Positions 61,760-64,000 of a stretch of 64,000 bases of DNA are shown piece after piece. Every line of letters begins with the position of its first letter. Position 1 is the stretch's first letter. The DNA is from an uncultured Candidatus Saccharibacteria bacterium (GTDB lineage Bacteria > Patescibacteriota > Minisyncoccia > Minisyncoccales > UBA5738): the NCBI GenBank assembly GCA_964603475.1, contig CAZRVG010000002.1:9923-73922 (forward strand), read 5' to 3'. The notes under the pieces are model-generated. The model was not told the origin of the DNA. It saw only the letters and a list, made by a program, of their open reading frames with translations, and ran no database searches. A program made the translations under genes and the position numbers.

Positions 61760-62968
61760 ATGAAAACTTTAAAGGAGGGGAATTTTAAAAATAAAATTGT
61801 GCTGGTGCGATGCGATTTCAATGTTGCCATTGATAATCATGGCGAGATTGCCGATGATTTTCGCATTGTCAAAGCACTGCCCACGATCAAATTTTTGCGC
61901 GAGAATAAAGCGGCTGTGGTGCTGATGAGCCATTTGGAAAAAGACGGCAAGCCAATGAGCTTGGCGCCGGTTGCCAAGCGTCTGGAAAAATTGCTGGCCC
62001 AAAAAATAAAATTTTTCGGCGATTGGCCGGGGAAAAAATTTGACAAGGAAATCAAAAAATTGAAATTCGGCGAAATCGCTTTGTTGGAAAATTTACGTTT
62101 CAACGCTGGAGAAAAGAAAAACAGCGCGGAATTTGCCAAACAGATTGCGGCAATGGGGGATTGCTATGTCAACGAGGCGTTTTCGGCTTCCCATCGCGAA
62201 CACGCGTCAATTGCCGGCGTCCCGCGATATTTGCCTTCTTTTGCCGGACTGCTTTTCGCGCAGGAGATTGACAATTTGCAAAAAATTTTGAAAAACCCAA
62301 AACGGCCGTTCACCGTGATTATCGGCGGGGCGAAAGCCGATGCCAAATGCCGGGCGCTGGCCAATATCGAAAAAATCGCGGATCATATTTTAATCGGTTC
62401 AAAAATCGGCGCAATGCTTCTGGCTCACAAGCGCCAGCTGGCCGGCTGTGTTCCGCTATCCGATGATTCGATAATCCGCGCGATTGATCTAACCAGCTCC
62501 AAACTGCATCTTCCGATAGACGGAGTTTTGGCGTTAAAAGACATTTCCGAAGGATATTTGCGCACCGCGGCAATCGGCGCAATGCGCTGCGAGGAAAATA
62601 TTTACGATATCGGTCCGGAAACCGCCAAATTTTTTGCCGAAATTATCAAAGATTCCAAAACGATATTTTTTGCCGGGCCGATGGGGATGTTTGAAAAAGA
62701 AAAATTTTCACATGGAACATACGCGATGCTGGAAGCGATTTCGCGGGCGCACGGCGCCTATTGCGTTGCCGGAGGCGGGCAGACGCTGGAAGCGATCCGC
62801 CGGCGCAACGCGCAAAAATATTTTAACTTTTTATCCACCGGGGGCAGCGCTTTGTTGGAATATCTGGCCGGAAACATTTTGCCCGGGGTCGCGGCTTTGA
62901 ATGAAAGTGAAAATTCGGCGAAAAAATCTTCAATAATCGCGCCGCCAAAACCAAAAAGAAATGAATAA
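61760..62968 (+). CDS. pgk: phosphoglycerate kinase
   Basis: VLVRCDFNV, MSHLEKDGKP, IIGGAKADAK and STGGSALLEYL motifs. Confidence 0.95.
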   Translation: MKTLKEGNFKNKIVLVRCDFNVAIDNHGEIADDFRIVKALPTIKFLRENKAAVVLMSHLEKDGKPMSLAPVAKRLEKLLAQKIKFFGDWPGKKFDKEIKKLKFGEIALLENLRFNAGEKKNSAEFAKQIAAMGDCYVNEAFSASHREHASIAGVPRYLPSFAGLLFAQEIDNLQKILKNPKRPFTVIIGGAKADAKCRALANIEKIADHILIGSKIGAMLLAHKRQLAGCVPLSDDSIIRAIDLTSSKLHLPIDGVLALKDISEGYLRTAAIGAMRCEENIYDIGPETAKFFAEIIKDSKTIFFAGPMGMFEKEKFSHGTYAMLEAISRAHGAYCVAGGGQTLEAIRRRNAQKYFNFLSTGGSALLEYLAGNILPGVAALNESENSAKKSSIIAPPKPKRNE

Positions 62969-64000
62969 CGCAAAAATTAAAAATCTAAAACAAGCCGCCG
63001 AAAGAATCAAAAAAGCGGTTGAAAATAAAGAAAAAATTATTGTTTACGGCGATGCGGATTTGGATGGAGTGAGCGCGTCCATTATGCTGGGTGAAATCAT
63101 CAAAAACGCCGGCGGTAATCCGGCGGCGTATTATTTTCCCAATCGCGAAAAAGAAGGCTATGGAATAACGCCGGCGGCAATCAAAAAACTCGCGCCTTTT
63201 TCGCCGGCGCTTTTAATTGCCGTTGATTTGGGCATTGGCAATTTCAAAGAAGTTAAATTGGCGCGCGCGGCGGGATTTGGCACCGTTATCATCGATCATC
63301 ACGAAATTTTGGGCGGCGTACCGGAAGCCGATATTGTCGTTGATCCCAAACAGCCGGGCGACGAATATCCCTTTAAATTTTTTTCCGCGGCGGGATTGGT
63401 TTTTAAGCTGGCCGAGGAATTTTTCGGCAGTGGCTTTTATGGCAATTTGCGCCAGAGCTTTGCCGAATTGGCGGCGCTGGCGACAATCGCCGATATGATG
63501 CCGCGCGAAAGCGACAATGTTGATATCATTAGCGAAGGCTTGTCGGCGTTAAAGCAAACTTTTCGGCCGGGATTGCGCGCTTTTTTTGATACCGACGCTT
63601 TTTTTGAGAATGATTCGCGCAATTTCAACAGCCGCCTCAACAAAATTATCGCGGTTTTGAACGTGCGCGATTTTCGCGATAACGCGCCGGCGTCGTTTAA
63701 GCTTTTAACCACCGATTCTTTGAATGAGGCGCATCAACTAATTCGCGAGTTTTTGGAAATCAACAGATTGCGGCGGGCAAAAATCGGCGGAATTGTGGAC
63801 GAAATCAAAACCCGCGTCGCGCGAAAGAGCGAGTCGCTGATTTTTGAAGGCGATAAAAATTGGGAAACAAACCTTTTGGGCACGGCGGCATCAATTTTGA
63901 GCGTTGAACAAAAAAAACCCACATTTCTTTACAAAGAATTGAACGGAGAAAGCTTAGGCGCGGTGCGCAGCATCGACGGCGTTGACAGCGTGGCGCTGAT
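62961..64000 (+). CDS. recJ: single-stranded-DNA-specific exonuclease RecJ (DHH family), 3' end outside window
   Basis: Hand-translated open frame from ATG 62961 to the window edge. IVYGDADLDGVSAS, VDLGIG and IIDHHE (DHH) motifs. Overlaps the pgk stop by 8 nt. Confidence 0.8.
   Translation, partial: MNNAKIKNLKQAAERIKKAVENKEKIIVYGDADLDGVSASIMLGEIIKNAGGNPAAYYFPNREKEGYGITPAAIKKLAPFSPALLIAVDLGIGNFKEVKLARAAGFGTVIIDHHEILGGVPEADIVVDPKQPGDEYPFKFFSAAGLVFKLAEEFFGSGFYGNLRQSFAELAALATIADMMPRESDNVDIISEGLSALKQTFRPGLRAFFDTDAFFENDSRNFNSRLNKIIAVLNVRDFRDNAPASFKLLTTDSLNEAHQLIREFLEINRLRRAKIGGIVDEIKTRVARKSESLIFEGDKNWETNLLGTAASILSVEQKKPTFLYKELNGESLGAVRSIDGVDSVAL

Noticed and set aside
1-64000. CRISPR array.
   Set aside because: The many repeats are palindromic singletons or doublets scattered across intergenic regions. 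Nowhere are there three or more evenly spaced direct repeats with unique spacers of 25-50 bp, and there are no cas genes.
1-64000. Alternative genetic code (UGA as sense, as in some CPR lineages).
   Set aside because: Numerous full-length, motif-complete genes end at TGA (for example iorB and the clpB-coupled gene), and no conserved protein is interrupted by in-frame TGA.

Overview
This 64-kb segment reads like a streamlined Patescibacteria/CPR-type (Parcubacteria-like) chromosome. That placement is an inference from gene content only: anaerobic class III RNR, IorAB, YvcK, DUF4342, DUF167, many small membrane-anchored hypotheticals, and frequent starts without an obvious Shine-Dalgarno. No database search was possible. 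The standard code applies, since TGA closes many full-length genes.

I can support about 60 protein genes and 2 tRNAs (Arg-CCG, Leu-CAA). There is no rRNA and no CRISPR array.

The core is housekeeping:
- Translation and RNA: leuS, hisS, rpsU, pth, tsaD, ybeY.
- Envelope precursors: glmS, murA, a GlmU-like enzyme, a NagK-like kinase.
- Division: ftsA, ftsZ.
- DNA: topA, dprA, recJ, comEC.
- Nucleotides: nrdD, nrdG.
- Protein quality control: htrA, clpB.
- Other: pgk, idi.

The accessory content is:
- A RAYT (REP-associated tyrosine transposase) with its REP/REPIN repeats.
- An AbiEi/AbiEii pair wedged between nrdD and nrdG.
- A HicB/HicA pair next to an orphan SWIM-domain protein.
- A type III R-M system (mod/res) bracketed by 92-bp direct repeats.
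- A DUF5320-ZIP-CDF-DUF134 metal cluster.
- An AT-rich AAA/DUF4143 ATPase islet.

The most unusual signal is not a gene cluster. It is the density of at least six families of hairpin-forming repeats:
- (i) One family, GCGCGGGTyAGACCCrCGC, is inserted in-frame and without stop codons inside three essential genes (tsaD, topA, nrdG). This resembles the Rickettsia palindromic elements.
- (ii) A REP doublet lies in-frame inside the RAYT gene itself, and REP GTAG heads supply the stop codons of RAYT and tsaD.
- (iii) A roughly 40-74 nt structured element shows compensatory base changes between copies.
- (iv) Almost every intergenic spacer is a long AT-rich inverted repeat built from a shared word vocabulary. 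Two pairs of these behave like MITEs.

Other points worth a second look:
- FtsZ ends exactly at the globular core, with no linker or C-terminal peptide.
- A G10 tract sits in a promoter spacer.
- A small gene is frameshifted at a C6 tract.
- A candidate ~160-nt ncRNA has its own promoter and terminator.

All family assignments rest on motif recognition in the supplied translations.
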